The notes: a model not told the origin generated them from the sequence alone. 61,813 nt of DNA from a virus (IMGVR_UViG_3300009639_000001:1-61813); one strand, 5' to 3'; positions 28,671 through 38,692 are shown, numbered from the stretch's first letter. Made by a program: numbers and translations.

Positions 28671-29654
28671 TTACGAGGATGTTACTTCATACCAAGCGAT
28701 TCGGTACGCCAATGATCCGGTTATATCACTACTATTAAAATTTTGATAACTAAATACATATTGAGTATTTGGAGCTAATACTAATTCATAATCAGAAATA
28801 TATGAATTTCCTATGCTTGTCGAATTACCCGGAGGAATAATTATTGTACTTAATGTTGTTCCTCCTACAACTACAGTTGTTGAAGGATATACATTTGTTA
28901 AGGGAGTCGATGCAATAACTCTATTTAAATTATAAGGAGATGCAGCTGCTCCTAAAGTAACTACTGATGGATCTTCTACTAAAGTCCCTGCAATTGACAC
29001 AGCAACAGGCGTTGAAGAAAGTGTCGTCACTGCACTATAATAAATTCTAGGTTTTAAATGGGCTTGTTTTGATCCGGTAACAAATCCAGTTAATGCAATA
29101 TTTCCGCCAGGGGACACATTTGTTATAGTAATGTTATTACCATATTCAAACATCCATCCATCATGAATCATTATATGTGTGTCATCAATTCCAGGCGAAA
29201 GCACTTCAGGTCCATCGACTTCAAGTGTTAAATGTTGACCATTTGCATCAGTTAAAACAATACCATTTGTGGTTATAGGTGTTGTTTGACTAATGGATAT
29301 AGATTGAGTTATAGGGAAATTAAGAACTTCTACAGTAGGCGTAGAAGTAAAATCAGTCACATATACAGCATTGGTCGTTCCAGGTGTAGCTTGACTAATA
29401 GAAACTATTTGCGTTGCAGGAAAGTTAAGCACTTCTACGACAGGGGTTGCAGGGAAATTACTAACAGTTACTGAACCTGATATCGTTTGACTTGTTGGAA
29501 AATTTAAAACTTCGACAACAGGAGTTGAAGGTATATTCGTTACATATACTGCGTTAGTTACTGTTGGTGTTGCTTGGCTAATACTAACTGAACCAATATT
29601 ATTATTGGATGATAAAATCGTTACTGCTCCAACGTTAAAATCTGGATGACCCAT
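28671..29654 (-). CDS. NFP-repeat protein with a jelly-roll-like C-terminal domain
   Basis: Six NFP/ISQATP units, then a C-terminal domain paralogous to 27930-28658. Confidence 0.55.
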   Translation of the reverse strand: MGHPDFNVGAVTILSSNNNIGSVSISQATPTVTNAVYVTNIPSTPVVEVLNFPTSQTISGSVTVSNFPATPVVEVLNFPATQIVSISQATPGTTNAVYVTDFTSTPTVEVLNFPITQSISISQTTPITTNGIVLTDANGQHLTLEVDGPEVLSPGIDDTHIMIHDGWMFEYGNNITITNVSPGGNIALTGFVTGSKQAHLKPRIYYSAVTTLSSTPVAVSIAGTLVEDPSVVTLGAAASPYNLNRVIASTPLTNVYPSTTVVVGGTTLSTIIIPPGNSTSIGNSYISDYELVLAPNTQYVFSYQNFNSSDITGSLAYRIAWYEVTSS

Positions 29655-29666
29655 TTAATAACCCCC

Positions 29667-30068
29667 TTAAATAACGCATGGAGTAAATACGAAAGTTGCA
29701 TTACAAGTACCGGAAAGCGTTGGTACAAATTTAATCCATTTTGATCTAATTCCCGATATTTCAACAGAATTTGGTGTACTAGCTACAATCGGAAGAATAA
29801 TATCAGGATATAAAACTGGAGTTGATTGAGATATTGGACCTGTATACATGAGATGATATGGCTCTGTTCCAGTTTCAGAACTATAAACAGCAATTGAAAA
29901 TTGACCCGAACCACTATTAACAGTTACATCCAAACTTCCTCCAGTAAAACCAACCATTTCAACTGCAGTTGAATTTGCTTCTGTAACGCTCGCGGAAATG
30001 GCACCACCAAATAGTGTTATTGCTGGACCTTTTTGAATAGGAAAATTATTAACATTTAAATCAGCCAT
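29667..30068 (-). CDS. Small NFP-family member
   Basis: MADLNVNNFPIQKG N-terminus; first gene of the paralog block. Confidence 0.45.
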   Translation of the reverse strand: MADLNVNNFPIQKGPAITLFGGAISASVTEANSTAVEMVGFTGGSLDVTVNSGSGQFSIAVYSSETGTEPYHLMYTGPISQSTPVLYPDIILPIVASTPNSVEISGIRSKWIKFVPTLSGTCNATFVFTPCVI

Positions 30069-30102
30069 TGTGATTAATCACTCCTTATATTTTTAAATAA
30101 AA

Positions 30103-30291
30103 TTAACACCCGTATTTGCTACTAAGATCCTGCACCCTGCGCGTTAAATCACTTAAAGCATCTTTTGATCTGGATTTACCTGCTTTACTGTAAGCAATAG
30201 CGGCCGCTTGTTTGGGATCTTTACCTGACCTAATTTCTGTCGCTATATTTTCACCAATAACTTTCTGACTTGATCCCGATTTAAGTGGCAT
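30103..30291 (-). CDS. Small basic protein, unknown function
   Basis: 62-aa ORF starting 5 nt after the upstream stop. Confidence 0.4.
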   Translation of the reverse strand: MPLKSGSSQKVIGENIATEIRSGKDPKQAAAIAYSKAGKSRSKDALSDLTRRVQDLSSKYGC

Positions 30292-30295
30292 ATTA

Positions 30296-30985
30296 TCACT
30301 CCTTCACCATTTTATGTATCGGTCTTGAGTCCAAATTCACAATCATTCGGTATCCTTTGACCTTAGCTTGCCTACACCAGAAAATATCCTCACCTTGTCG
30401 ATCTGGTCCATATCGAATACCATCTTCAATCGCTTTTCGAGGTATCATATAACAGGCACCTATTACACCGGCATTATACAATCCTTTTGGTGCATACCCT
30501 TGCGGATGAACAAATACATTCCCATATTCCACCATAAAATTACAGGCTGTTCGTCCGTCAATTTTTTGGTTTGGCAGGTTGCAAACTGCAGCCCCGACAA
30601 TCGTCTTTGAATCTGCATAAGGAAGTAACTCATTAATTATATTTGCATGTACAATAATATCCGAATCGATTGATAACAAATAATCCCCTTTAGTATCAAG
30701 AAACAATTCTAAAAATCGATTTCTGACATTGGCTAAATGAGCATATTCATTCTTGCCATATTCAGTTCGTTCGCTGCCAGGAGTTGTTGACGGCCAAGCA
30801 CTATATAAATTATATATAGATGCCGATTTATGATTGCGAAGTTGTATTAATGTGTCATCAGTTGAATCATTTTCATACATTAAGTATTCTTTGTTGTGAT
30901 AATCAATAGCTTCTAGAGCTTTTAAGTATTCCGGCAAAATCCAGCCTCTATTCTTGATTGGGCAACCGATTACAATTCTCGACAT
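30296..30985 (-). CDS. Glycosyltransferase (GT2-like nucleotide-diphospho-sugar transferase fold)
   Basis: YENDSTDDT and SIDSDI (DxD-like) motifs. Confidence 0.55.
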   Translation of the reverse strand: MSRIVIGCPIKNRGWILPEYLKALEAIDYHNKEYLMYENDSTDDTLIQLRNHKSASIYNLYSAWPSTTPGSERTEYGKNEYAHLANVRNRFLELFLDTKGDYLLSIDSDIIVHANIINELLPYADSKTIVGAAVCNLPNQKIDGRTACNFMVEYGNVFVHPQGYAPKGLYNAGVIGACYMIPRKAIEDGIRYGPDRQGEDIFWCRQAKVKGYRMIVNLDSRPIHKMVKE

Positions 30986-31658
30986 ATGCTATCTCCTGAT
31001 TTAACCATTGGTTGCATTTAACCCACATGTAATCTTGTGATTGCCCAATGGTAATATTATGATCCCGTATATCAGTTGTTAAATAAGCAAGTCCAAATCC
31101 ACCATATAACTGAGGATAAAATAAATCACCTGTCACAAAATCTTTTTCTACAAGATGAACGAAAGGATTGCTATTCCAATTTGCATGATCTATAGCTAAT
31201 CTTGTTTCTGGATGCCAAGAATCATGCATTATAAGAATAGTATCTTTTAATGGTTTATATGCAAGAAAATTGTTAATATCGCGTAAAACGGCGTAATAGC
31301 TATGATCTGCATCAATAAGAACAAAACTAATATCATTATCTTTTAATTCATTTATAAGCCAAGGTAATTTTTCAGCAGAATCACCTGTTATCCATTCAAC
31401 ATTGTTATAATTGTTTTTATTTGCAATATTATTGTGATTTATGTCAATGGAATAAACTTTATTAAAATTTTCTGCCAGATAACGAGTTGAACCACCACAA
31501 TAACTGCCGACTTCAATTGCAATACTATTTTTTCGTATTTTATCCAATAGATATAAAAAGCTCGTGCGTTCTGCACGAGACATTTGCCAACAAATACTGT
31601 CATCAAATATTCTTTTAATCAAACTAATTGCCTCCCTGTAGTATCCCTTCCCATCCAA
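30948..31658 (-). CDS. Class I SAM-dependent methyltransferase (CmcI/TylF-like, sugar O-methyltransferase candidate)
   Basis: AIEVGSYCGGST (motif I), VYSIDIN, LIDADHSY. Confidence 0.55.
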   Translation of the reverse strand: MDGKGYYREAISLIKRIFDDSICWQMSRAERTSFLYLLDKIRKNSIAIEVGSYCGGSTRYLAENFNKVYSIDINHNNIANKNNYNNVEWITGDSAEKLPWLINELKDNDISFVLIDADHSYYAVLRDINNFLAYKPLKDTILIMHDSWHPETRLAIDHANWNSNPFVHLVEKDFVTGDLFYPQLYGGFGLAYLTTDIRDHNITIGQSQDYMWVKCNQWLNQEIAYVENCNRLPNQE

Positions 31659-32266
31659 GATCCAATAAAATGATGTATTGCATATGTATCTTCTGTCATT
31701 ATTGGTTTAAATTGCGGATGATCAAATCCTCCAAAATATGTAATTGGAAATATAACAACTCCATCTTTCAAATATGTAAATCCGTAATTCTGTCGTTCTA
31801 TAAAAGGCTTTGATAATGCTGTAATAATACGAGTATTAGGTACAAGATAATCAAGATCAAACTTTGCAGTTTCATAATATTTAAATAAAAGTTTAATCCA
31901 AGGATGATCAGGTTCAGCTCCTATTACGGCGGAAAGAAATAATTCATCTGTTTCATGAGATGTAAAAGCTCTATATTGTAGAAATCTATCAAAAGATTTT
32001 ATTATTTGTACATCAGTATCTAGATAAATACCTCCATATTTTTCCAAACACCATAGCCTAATATAATCAGTAACATAAGCCCATTTTTTTGATCTATAAG
32101 CATCTTTTACATAATTACAACAATTTATGTCAAAATTATCTTCAGTCCATTCGATAATTTCATAATCTGGCATAAATTGATGCCAAGATGCAATACATTT
32201 TTTAAAAAATTCCGGTTTTTCACTTTTCCCCAGCCAACAATAATGTATTATTTTTGGAATTGACAT
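31619..32266 (-). CDS. Glycosyltransferase, GT32-like (Gly_transf_sug), paralog 2
   Basis: MSIPKIIHYCWLGK..., YLDTDV DxD motif; very similar to 33016-33678 along its whole length. Confidence 0.65.
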   Translation of the reverse strand: MSIPKIIHYCWLGKSEKPEFFKKCIASWHQFMPDYEIIEWTEDNFDINCCNYVKDAYRSKKWAYVTDYIRLWCLEKYGGIYLDTDVQIIKSFDRFLQYRAFTSHETDELFLSAVIGAEPDHPWIKLLFKYYETAKFDLDYLVPNTRIITALSKPFIERQNYGFTYLKDGVVIFPITYFGGFDHPQFKPIMTEDTYAIHHFIGSWMGRDTTGRQLV

Positions 32267-33005
32267 ATTCATATTCCCACTTTCTCCAAATAGTATGCAT
32301 TTGTGATTGTATCCCGCACCATCCTTTTTCTGCTAAATGTCCAGCATAATGGGCAATTTTTATTTGATCAACTGGTGGAATACCTGTGGACATTGATGAA
32401 TTATATATATTACTAGCAAGTTTTATATTACATGTTCTGTTCATTATGTCTTGATCGTAACAGCTTGTTGGTTGTGTATTTATTAACTTTATCCAAGTAT
32501 CCGATAAATTTTTCTCTCTAATCTGATCTAGATTCATTAATAAAACACCAGCATTTATGTAAAGATCCCCATGTTTTTTCCCTATGGATTGAAGCTGAAT
32601 ATCTAATATACCTATATCCCTAACTCCAACAATATCTATATTTTTAATATCTTGATGATAAAACTCAGAAAGATCACCATTGACAATAGTATCCGCATCC
32701 AAATATAAAATTCGATCTTCTGGAATGACCTTAGGTATTAATAACCTATATAAAGTATAACGAGTAAATCGGCCTATATTTGATGGTGTTCGTATTGTGT
32801 CATTATATAAGGCTTCTAGATCCAAAAAAATGACTTCAATACCATATTTAAAATAAAGGTCAGAGCAGAAATCCGAATTAGGTTCACCAGCTGCATCTGA
32901 TATTAAATAAATATTTGTCACATCTGAATTTGTTTTAATAAGTGCGAAGATTTCAATATAAATGTACTTTAGCCAATCAGGACTATAAATAATACAAATA
33001 TTCAT
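32220..33005 (-). CDS. Glycosyltransferase family 8-like
   Basis: RILYLDADTIV (DxD) and ...INAGVLLMNL..., typical of GT8 retaining transferases. Confidence 0.65.
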   Translation of the reverse strand: MNICIIYSPDWLKYIYIEIFALIKTNSDVTNIYLISDAAGEPNSDFCSDLYFKYGIEVIFLDLEALYNDTIRTPSNIGRFTRYTLYRLLIPKVIPEDRILYLDADTIVNGDLSEFYHQDIKNIDIVGVRDIGILDIQLQSIGKKHGDLYINAGVLLMNLDQIREKNLSDTWIKLINTQPTSCYDQDIMNRTCNIKLASNIYNSSMSTGIPPVDQIKIAHYAGHLAEKGWCGIQSQMHTIWRKWEYEYVNSKNNTLLLAGEK

Positions 33006-33015
33006 AATCTCTACC

Positions 33016-33678
33016 TCAAATTAATTTTATTTTTGATATATCTCTTTCATACAATGTTCCTGCAAGCCATGTACCAGCAAAGTGATGAATTGAATAGGTA
33101 TCTTCTGTTACAATTGGTTTAAACTGTTGATGATCATAGCCTGCAAAATATGTAATGGGGAATATTACAACGCCATCTTTTAAATATGTAAATCCATAGT
33201 TTTGTCTTTCAATAAACGGTCTTGAAAGAGCAGTTACTATACGAGTATTAGGAATTAATCGATATGGATCAAAAACGGCATTTTCATAATATCTCATGAT
33301 GTATTGAATCCAAGGATGTCCTGGTTCTGATCCCATAACTGCTGCTAATGTTAATTCATTTGTTTCTGAACCAGTGAAAGCTCGATATTGTAGAAACCTG
33401 TCTAATGGTTTGATTATTTGGACATCAGCATCAATATAAATTCCACCGCATTGTTCAATAACTTTCAATCTAGCAACATCGGTAACATACGCCCATTTCT
33501 TAGTTTCATATGCTTTTTTAACGTAAGGACAACAATTTACATCAAAATTTGTTTCGTTCCATTCAATTATTTCGAATTCTGGCATAAAATTACGCCAAGA
33601 TTCAATACATTTTAATATTAAATCTGGTTTTTTGTTCCCTCCGAACCAACAATAATGTAATTTTTTTGGAATTGACAT
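33016..33678 (-). CDS. Glycosyltransferase, GT32-like, paralog 1
   Basis: MSIPKKLHYCWFGG..., YIDADV DxD motif. Confidence 0.65.
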   Translation of the reverse strand: MSIPKKLHYCWFGGNKKPDLILKCIESWRNFMPEFEIIEWNETNFDVNCCPYVKKAYETKKWAYVTDVARLKVIEQCGGIYIDADVQIIKPLDRFLQYRAFTGSETNELTLAAVMGSEPGHPWIQYIMRYYENAVFDPYRLIPNTRIVTALSRPFIERQNYGFTYLKDGVVIFPITYFAGYDHQQFKPIVTEDTYSIHHFAGTWLAGTLYERDISKIKLI

Positions 33679-33767
33679 AATAACCTCTTATTCGTGTTTA
33701 TTTATATTGATCGCCCATATCAAACCAATAATAACTCCGCAAATCAATCCAATAACAAAATCACTGT

Positions 33768-34589
33768 TCATGATATTAATCTCTCAAAATCTTTTCTGTT
33801 AATCCATGAAATTTTTCCATTGCTATAGATCTTATGTGGCCATTTCACATAATCTGGATCGACTAAAGGCTCCGCATAACACCTGCAATTAAATATCTCA
33901 CCAGCCTGATAATGTCCATATTGATATTTTTTACGTGCCAACTGTTCAGGACTTGGGGGATCTGTCCATTTTATTAACACACCGTCCATATTTCGATGGG
34001 ATTGCCTGACACGTCCGTCCTCTGAAGTTCGCCAAACATACCATCTTAATCCTAGCTCATAACTTTGTGCCCGTGTTAGGGCTGTGCTGGCCTTAGACAC
34101 TTCAGTCCGAGCAATCAAGTTCGCCCTGGACTTAGTAATATTCGGCATCCATACTTTGAGATCGTCAACAATATCTTCGGCCCTACGACCTTTGAGAGCT
34201 TCTTGCTGAATATGATGCGTCATCTTTATCGAAATATCAATTGGAGTGCTGCGGATCAGTGAAGCGTTGTAATCGATCTGTGCTCGAATCAAATTCCCCA
34301 TTGGTCCCTGCATCTGCAACTTAAGTGCCTGGTAAATGTCCCGGCCCCTGGTGCTGATGCTGGCGGCCTGTCGCCAGTTACGTGCGTTGTCCACGCGAGT
34401 CGCTGTTATCATACGGCCTGCAATCCGCATTGATAGATTATAGAACAGCTCAGAATGAATAAACTCCTCGATCTGTCGTGCCGGTTCGAGAAAATCGAAC
34501 TGTCGGAATACACGGTCGAGGAGTTTTTTGATTTGCCGGGAATATTCAGATTCGATTCGGAGGATAGGATGCCAGTCGCGGTATTTCAT
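33768..34589 (-). CDS. Head morphogenesis protein (Mu F / SPP1 gp7-like)
   Basis: ARTEVSKA..., RVRQSHRNMDG..., NCRCY C-terminal motif characteristic of the family. Confidence 0.8.
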   Translation of the reverse strand: MKYRDWHPILRIESEYSRQIKKLLDRVFRQFDFLEPARQIEEFIHSELFYNLSMRIAGRMITATRVDNARNWRQAASISTRGRDIYQALKLQMQGPMGNLIRAQIDYNASLIRSTPIDISIKMTHHIQQEALKGRRAEDIVDDLKVWMPNITKSRANLIARTEVSKASTALTRAQSYELGLRWYVWRTSEDGRVRQSHRNMDGVLIKWTDPPSPEQLARKKYQYGHYQAGEIFNCRCYAEPLVDPDYVKWPHKIYSNGKISWINRKDFERLIS

Positions 34590-34602
34590 TTAATCACCTG
34601 CA

Positions 34603-34776
34603 TTATTGCAACTTTGATTCTATTTCCTTTTGGAGTCTTTTATTAAGATTTTCATATATTTCAAACAGATTTTTAAATGTTTTCTGGTTTTGTCTATGTG
34701 CATATACCATTACGCACATACATGTTAACCACATACAACTTGTAAATAAATTTAGATAAAATGATAATTCAGTCAA
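34603..34776 (-). CDS. Small membrane protein (57 aa)
   Basis: TTG start after AAAGAGGTGGAATT; one hydrophobic helix. Too short for the ORF track. Confidence 0.3.
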   Translation of the reverse strand: MTELSFYLNLFTSCMWLTCMCVMVYAHRQNQKTFKNLFEIYENLNKRLQKEIESKLQ

Positions 34777-34942
34777 AATTCCACCTCTTTTCTGTTGTTT
34801 CTAATAATGTTGAATAATCACAGAATATAAATATATCATCATGAATTACAATTCCGCCACGACTTAATCCTTTTATAATCATCTCATTGACTTCATCATC
34901 TGTGTATCCTGATTCCTGATTCATTTCAGATATCGTTTTCAT
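34769..34942 (-). CDS. Small hypothetical protein (57 aa)
   Basis: ATG overlaps the upstream stop (TAAATG). Too short for the ORF track. Confidence 0.3.
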   Translation of the reverse strand: MKTISEMNQESGYTDDEVNEMIIKGLSRGGIVIHDDIFIFCDYSTLLETTEKRWNFD

Positions 34943-35215
34943 TTAATCCTCCTGCATATCTGCCAATTCAGGAACCGCAGTTTCTTCAATAATAAAAGAT
35001 TTGAAAAGATTATCTTTTTTCAATTCACCTGGTTTAATATTTATAAATAGAGATTGTATTTTATCTGGTTCTAATGGTGATGTCATTACTCTATAATATC
35101 TTTCTTCATTAAAAACTACTTCATTAATACCATCTGCTATTTTAAGCATTGTAATATTGCTTTGACATCCATTTGTTGTCGCCATTATTTCTGTAATACC
35201 ACTGTAACATTTCAT
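34943..35215 (-). CDS. Hypothetical protein
   Basis: 90-aa ORF in the head operon. Confidence 0.45.
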   Translation of the reverse strand: MKCYSGITEIMATTNGCQSNITMLKIADGINEVVFNEERYYRVMTSPLEPDKIQSLFINIKPGELKKDNLFKSFIIEETAVPELADMQED

Positions 35216-35217
35216 TT

Positions 35218-35433
35218 TTATTCCACTTCCTCGATTGTAATCCTTACTCGTTTACCATCTTCGGGAGCTTTCAAATATATCATTAACAATGCATTTTCAA
35301 TCTTTGGCATTGCAGAGCAATATATGGTATCATCTACAGAAATTATTTCTCCTTCAATCACTTTTTTAAATCCTGCAGTCATGGTATCACCTCCAGGATT
35401 ATTGTCTGTGAATGGCTTAACCCGCCTTTCCAT
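35218..35433 (-). CDS. Hypothetical protein
   Basis: 71-aa ORF downstream of the portal gene. Confidence 0.45.
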   Translation of the reverse strand: MERRVKPFTDNNPGGDTMTAGFKKVIEGEIISVDDTIYCSAMPKIENALLMIYLKAPEDGKRVRITIEEVE

Positions 35434-35478
35434 TCTTGTCGATCCCCATCCGACATATGGACCGACTTCCCACGCCGT

Positions 35479-37281
35479 TTATTTGGCCTGTCTCATCTTC
35501 AGCAAGCCCGTTTCTATTCTTGGAGCCATCCCGCCACCTGCTGCCGGGAACTGTCGGTTCCACAATCCATCAGCAATCTTATTCAATCTATCGTCATACA
35601 TCGCAAGTCGCTTCGTCAATGAATTTCCTTCTGATGTTCTGGTTGGCAGTGAAAACTCTGTTGGCTCATTCAAACTTTGATCAATAGGTGGTTTTTCGCC
35701 TTCTCGCGCAATATTTCCTCTTTTTTTCATAAATCCTATATTGCCCGGATATTGATCCTGTTTTTGTCCTGATATTGAAAAATTTTCATGTTGCTCTTGG
35801 TATTGGTCCTGTTGTGGTTTCATCTGTTGCCGGAAGGTTGGCAGATGTTCACCTGGCATACCTCCAGCGCCGGGCATACCGCCCATCTCATCCACTTGCT
35901 GCAAATTATTATCTGCTGCTTCGATGTCCTCATCCGTGATGCTAGTAAACATGTTTGTGGTGAACGACAGTTCATGCAACTCTGACAAAGCCATCCGCTG
36001 AGTAATAACACCAGTTGTATAAGCAGCGAGGATGGATTGCGATTTTTTGCCGACAATATCCGCTTCGCGCTCTTCGGTTGGCGATTGGACTGGGTTGAAT
36101 TTGAAATCAAGATCATCCGGCACATAGCCGAATTCAGACATGAACATGATGGGTAATAACTTATTTAACTTAGGCCGAAGTACTGTTTCTTGTTGCAAGG
36201 CAATCATATCGTAATAATTTTGCAAATCGCTCTCGCCAGTTGAATTCATACCTGCGGGGGACCTACCAAATAATTTTGTAACTGGTATATCCGAAGCTCC
36301 AGCAATATCCAGCATGAAACTCTCATAGATACTATCCAGACCTGAAAAACTGTACTGTAATGCTGATACTTCTTCCTCTTTGCCAATCATCATCATACCG
36401 TTGTTGTTCCGCATCTGGTTCGCAGCTGACTTGGCATTGTAAAACTGCTGCTGAATCATAGGATCATTAAGGGCTAGGAGCTGTTCTAAGCCTTCTATTT
36501 TATTAACAAGAATATTTGCTTGGAAGACCAGCGAAGCTATATTCCATGAGGTATTATCACGTTTAACCAATTCATCGTATACGTGCTCCACTTCGCTAGC
36601 TCCCCAGTGCACCTCCGCAAGGTCTTCCCAAAAAGGCAGTTTTCTCCCAATACATCTCAAAATTCGACTATGATGTACACGGGTCAATAATCGTTCAGTG
36701 CCAATATCGCGTATTTCATACGTATCCGGCAAACCAAACTCTGGATCATTAATGTCTGCTACTAAAGTAATATCAGGAAAAACTCCCGACCATCTATCTA
36801 CGGGCATCAATCCTTTAAAAGCATGAGGCATTATTGTATCTAGATCAAGTGATTCATCTAATATTTCTTCATGACCTTCGATCATGATAACAACGGCAGC
36901 GCCTCCATATAAGCGACCCCATTGCAAACCTTCTAATAATTTTTCTTTAACGAGTGTTCTTTGAGTTAATTTATTGATCCGATCTATTGCTTGTGGTGCT
37001 AGTTCGGCGGTAACATCAATCCAATTTTTCACCATATCTTCGGGAATCATATTGATAATTTTCTTAATAATCCAGTGAGAACGATAGAGGCTGTTCATTA
37101 AATTGTAATCTCTACTGAGTCTGCTGAGCGGATAATCGGTCATTTGTAAAAGAGAAGGAGTATTAATTCCAGTTCTTGCAAGTGCATTTTGAAAGGCATC
37201 AAATACATTATATTGGCGTGTTTGTTGAGGTTCTTGTATTATTTTTTTATTATTGCGTTTGATCTTTCCCAATATTCTCAC
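35479..37281 (-). CDS. Portal protein (DUF1073-like)
   Basis: 600 aa in the TerL / portal / MuF order; HWGASEVEHVYDEL...; start uncertain (GTG 37281 or TTG 37272). Confidence 0.8.
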   Translation of the reverse strand: MRILGKIKRNNKKIIQEPQQTRQYNVFDAFQNALARTGINTPSLLQMTDYPLSRLSRDYNLMNSLYRSHWIIKKIINMIPEDMVKNWIDVTAELAPQAIDRINKLTQRTLVKEKLLEGLQWGRLYGGAAVVIMIEGHEEILDESLDLDTIMPHAFKGLMPVDRWSGVFPDITLVADINDPEFGLPDTYEIRDIGTERLLTRVHHSRILRCIGRKLPFWEDLAEVHWGASEVEHVYDELVKRDNTSWNIASLVFQANILVNKIEGLEQLLALNDPMIQQQFYNAKSAANQMRNNNGMMMIGKEEEVSALQYSFSGLDSIYESFMLDIAGASDIPVTKLFGRSPAGMNSTGESDLQNYYDMIALQQETVLRPKLNKLLPIMFMSEFGYVPDDLDFKFNPVQSPTEEREADIVGKKSQSILAAYTTGVITQRMALSELHELSFTTNMFTSITDEDIEAADNNLQQVDEMGGMPGAGGMPGEHLPTFRQQMKPQQDQYQEQHENFSISGQKQDQYPGNIGFMKKRGNIAREGEKPPIDQSLNEPTEFSLPTRTSEGNSLTKRLAMYDDRLNKIADGLWNRQFPAAGGGMAPRIETGLLKMRQAK

Positions 37282-38059
37282 GCTCCCGACGTTTAGCCCA
37301 GACTTCCTTCATAGCTATACTCATTTTTATTTTAACTTCTTCAGAAAGTTGTTTACCTTTATTTATACTTGGTCTTCCTTTTGATTTTGCGCTCATTTTA
37401 GCTTTTGTTTCTTCCGAATGTTTTTTCCCAATTCTATTTTTATTCATATTTAATCTTGCTTCTTCTGAAATCTTTATTCCTGTTCTCGATTTACTCAATT
37501 TTTTACGACTTTCTTCTGACCACTTTTTACCAAATTTAGGATGGTTCTCACCTGTAAAATCCTTATGATTGTCTTTCATTTTTTGTTTTTCTTCTTCAGT
37601 ATGCTTTCTGCCAAAGGTTGCACTCTCTGATCCACATCTACCATACATAGAATTTAATTCACCAACAAATCGACCTTTAAAATATTCACTTATTTTTATT
37701 TTAGTTTGTTCTGAACGTTTTTTACCGGTTTGAGCAATACTAATTTTTTGTCTTACTAATGGATGACATACAGGATTAGCATCTCCGCCAGAAGTAATAT
37801 TATATCCTTTAGGTGCTATACAATTAAAAAATTTAATCCAGAATTGCTCTTTGTTATTTAAATCATCTCGATCTTCTCCATGATCAATAACTTTCATATT
37901 AAAATTATTGATTCCATATTTACGTAATGCATTTTGGAATATAGTTGATTGATTAACAGTTCGACATAAATGCTCCTTGATTCGTTGTTCCAATGTTTTA
38001 GTCGTCTGTCCCACGTAAACCTTACCATTCAACCTGTTTGTCACTTTATAAACTATCAC
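37250..38059 (-). CDS. GIY-YIG homing endonuclease with NUMOD3 repeats
   Basis: VYKVTNRLNGKVYVGQT...R..EH; repeated HTEEEKQKM / HSEETKAKMS modules; free-standing just upstream of the portal gene. Confidence 0.85.
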   Translation of the reverse strand: MIVYKVTNRLNGKVYVGQTTKTLEQRIKEHLCRTVNQSTIFQNALRKYGINNFNMKVIDHGEDRDDLNNKEQFWIKFFNCIAPKGYNITSGGDANPVCHPLVRQKISIAQTGKKRSEQTKIKISEYFKGRFVGELNSMYGRCGSESATFGRKHTEEEKQKMKDNHKDFTGENHPKFGKKWSEESRKKLSKSRTGIKISEEARLNMNKNRIGKKHSEETKAKMSAKSKGRPSINKGKQLSEEVKIKMSIAMKEVWAKRRERENIGKDQTQ

Positions 38060-38114
38060 GATTTACCTCCTAAAATAGAAGGGGCGGGTAATTATCCCGC
38101 AAAGCTTCGTGATA

Positions 38115-38150
38115 AATAAAAAACGCTCATTATTGAGCGCTTTTATTTTT
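38115..38150. terminator. Weak bidirectional terminator
   Basis: cgctca pairs with tgagcg, flanked by an A-run and a T-run. Confidence 0.4.
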
Positions 38151-38260
38151 ATATTTAATTGTGGCAATACTTTACAAATAAAATATTTATGGTTTATATG
38201 GTCATATTGGTCATTTTAGGATATAATAATATTAGAAATATTTTTAAGGAGTGTTTTTAT

Positions 38261-38692
38261 ATGCAAACATATTCAATTTCAATGGCTAAAGCGCGACTAC
38301 CAGAATTACGCCGCGCGGCCCTTATAGGTGAAGAATTCCTTGTAAAAAATGATAAAGAAAACCAATCCGACTATATTTCTATTATTGCTACACAAGTACT
38401 CGATGAAGTTCTTTCCGCGCTCAAATTTACCCATGAATGGGTAAAAGAAGAAGGCGACGAGGTTTGGACTCTCATAGTCCCTGAAATCGACATCTTCGGT
38501 ATTGGCGAAACCAAAGAAGAAGCGATTAAATCACTTAGTAGTACAGCCTCCGAATATGCTGACTTGTTTTTTAAAAACTTGCCTATGTATATGTCTGATG
38601 CTGTAAATCGTCGCCAGCACTACGGTTATCTTCGCCGCATTGTTCGTTGTGAAGGGGATGAGATAAAGATCAGAGAGGTGCTGGGATTCTAA
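38261..38692 (+). CDS. HicB-like antitoxin (with a Phd/YefM-like N-terminal segment)
   Basis: ATG 38261 after AAGGAG; WTLIVPEIDIFGIGETKEEAIKSL resembles the HicB N-domain. Confidence 0.55.
   Translation: MQTYSISMAKARLPELRRAALIGEEFLVKNDKENQSDYISIIATQVLDEVLSALKFTHEWVKEEGDEVWTLIVPEIDIFGIGETKEEAIKSLSSTASEYADLFFKNLPMYMSDAVNRRQHYGYLRRIVRCEGDEIKIREVLGF

Noticed and set aside
35162-35687. Plus-strand ORFs of 172 aa and 83 aa
   Set aside because: They are antisense to the portal 3' end and to the 71- and 90-aa head-operon genes. They have no SD and a low-complexity composition.
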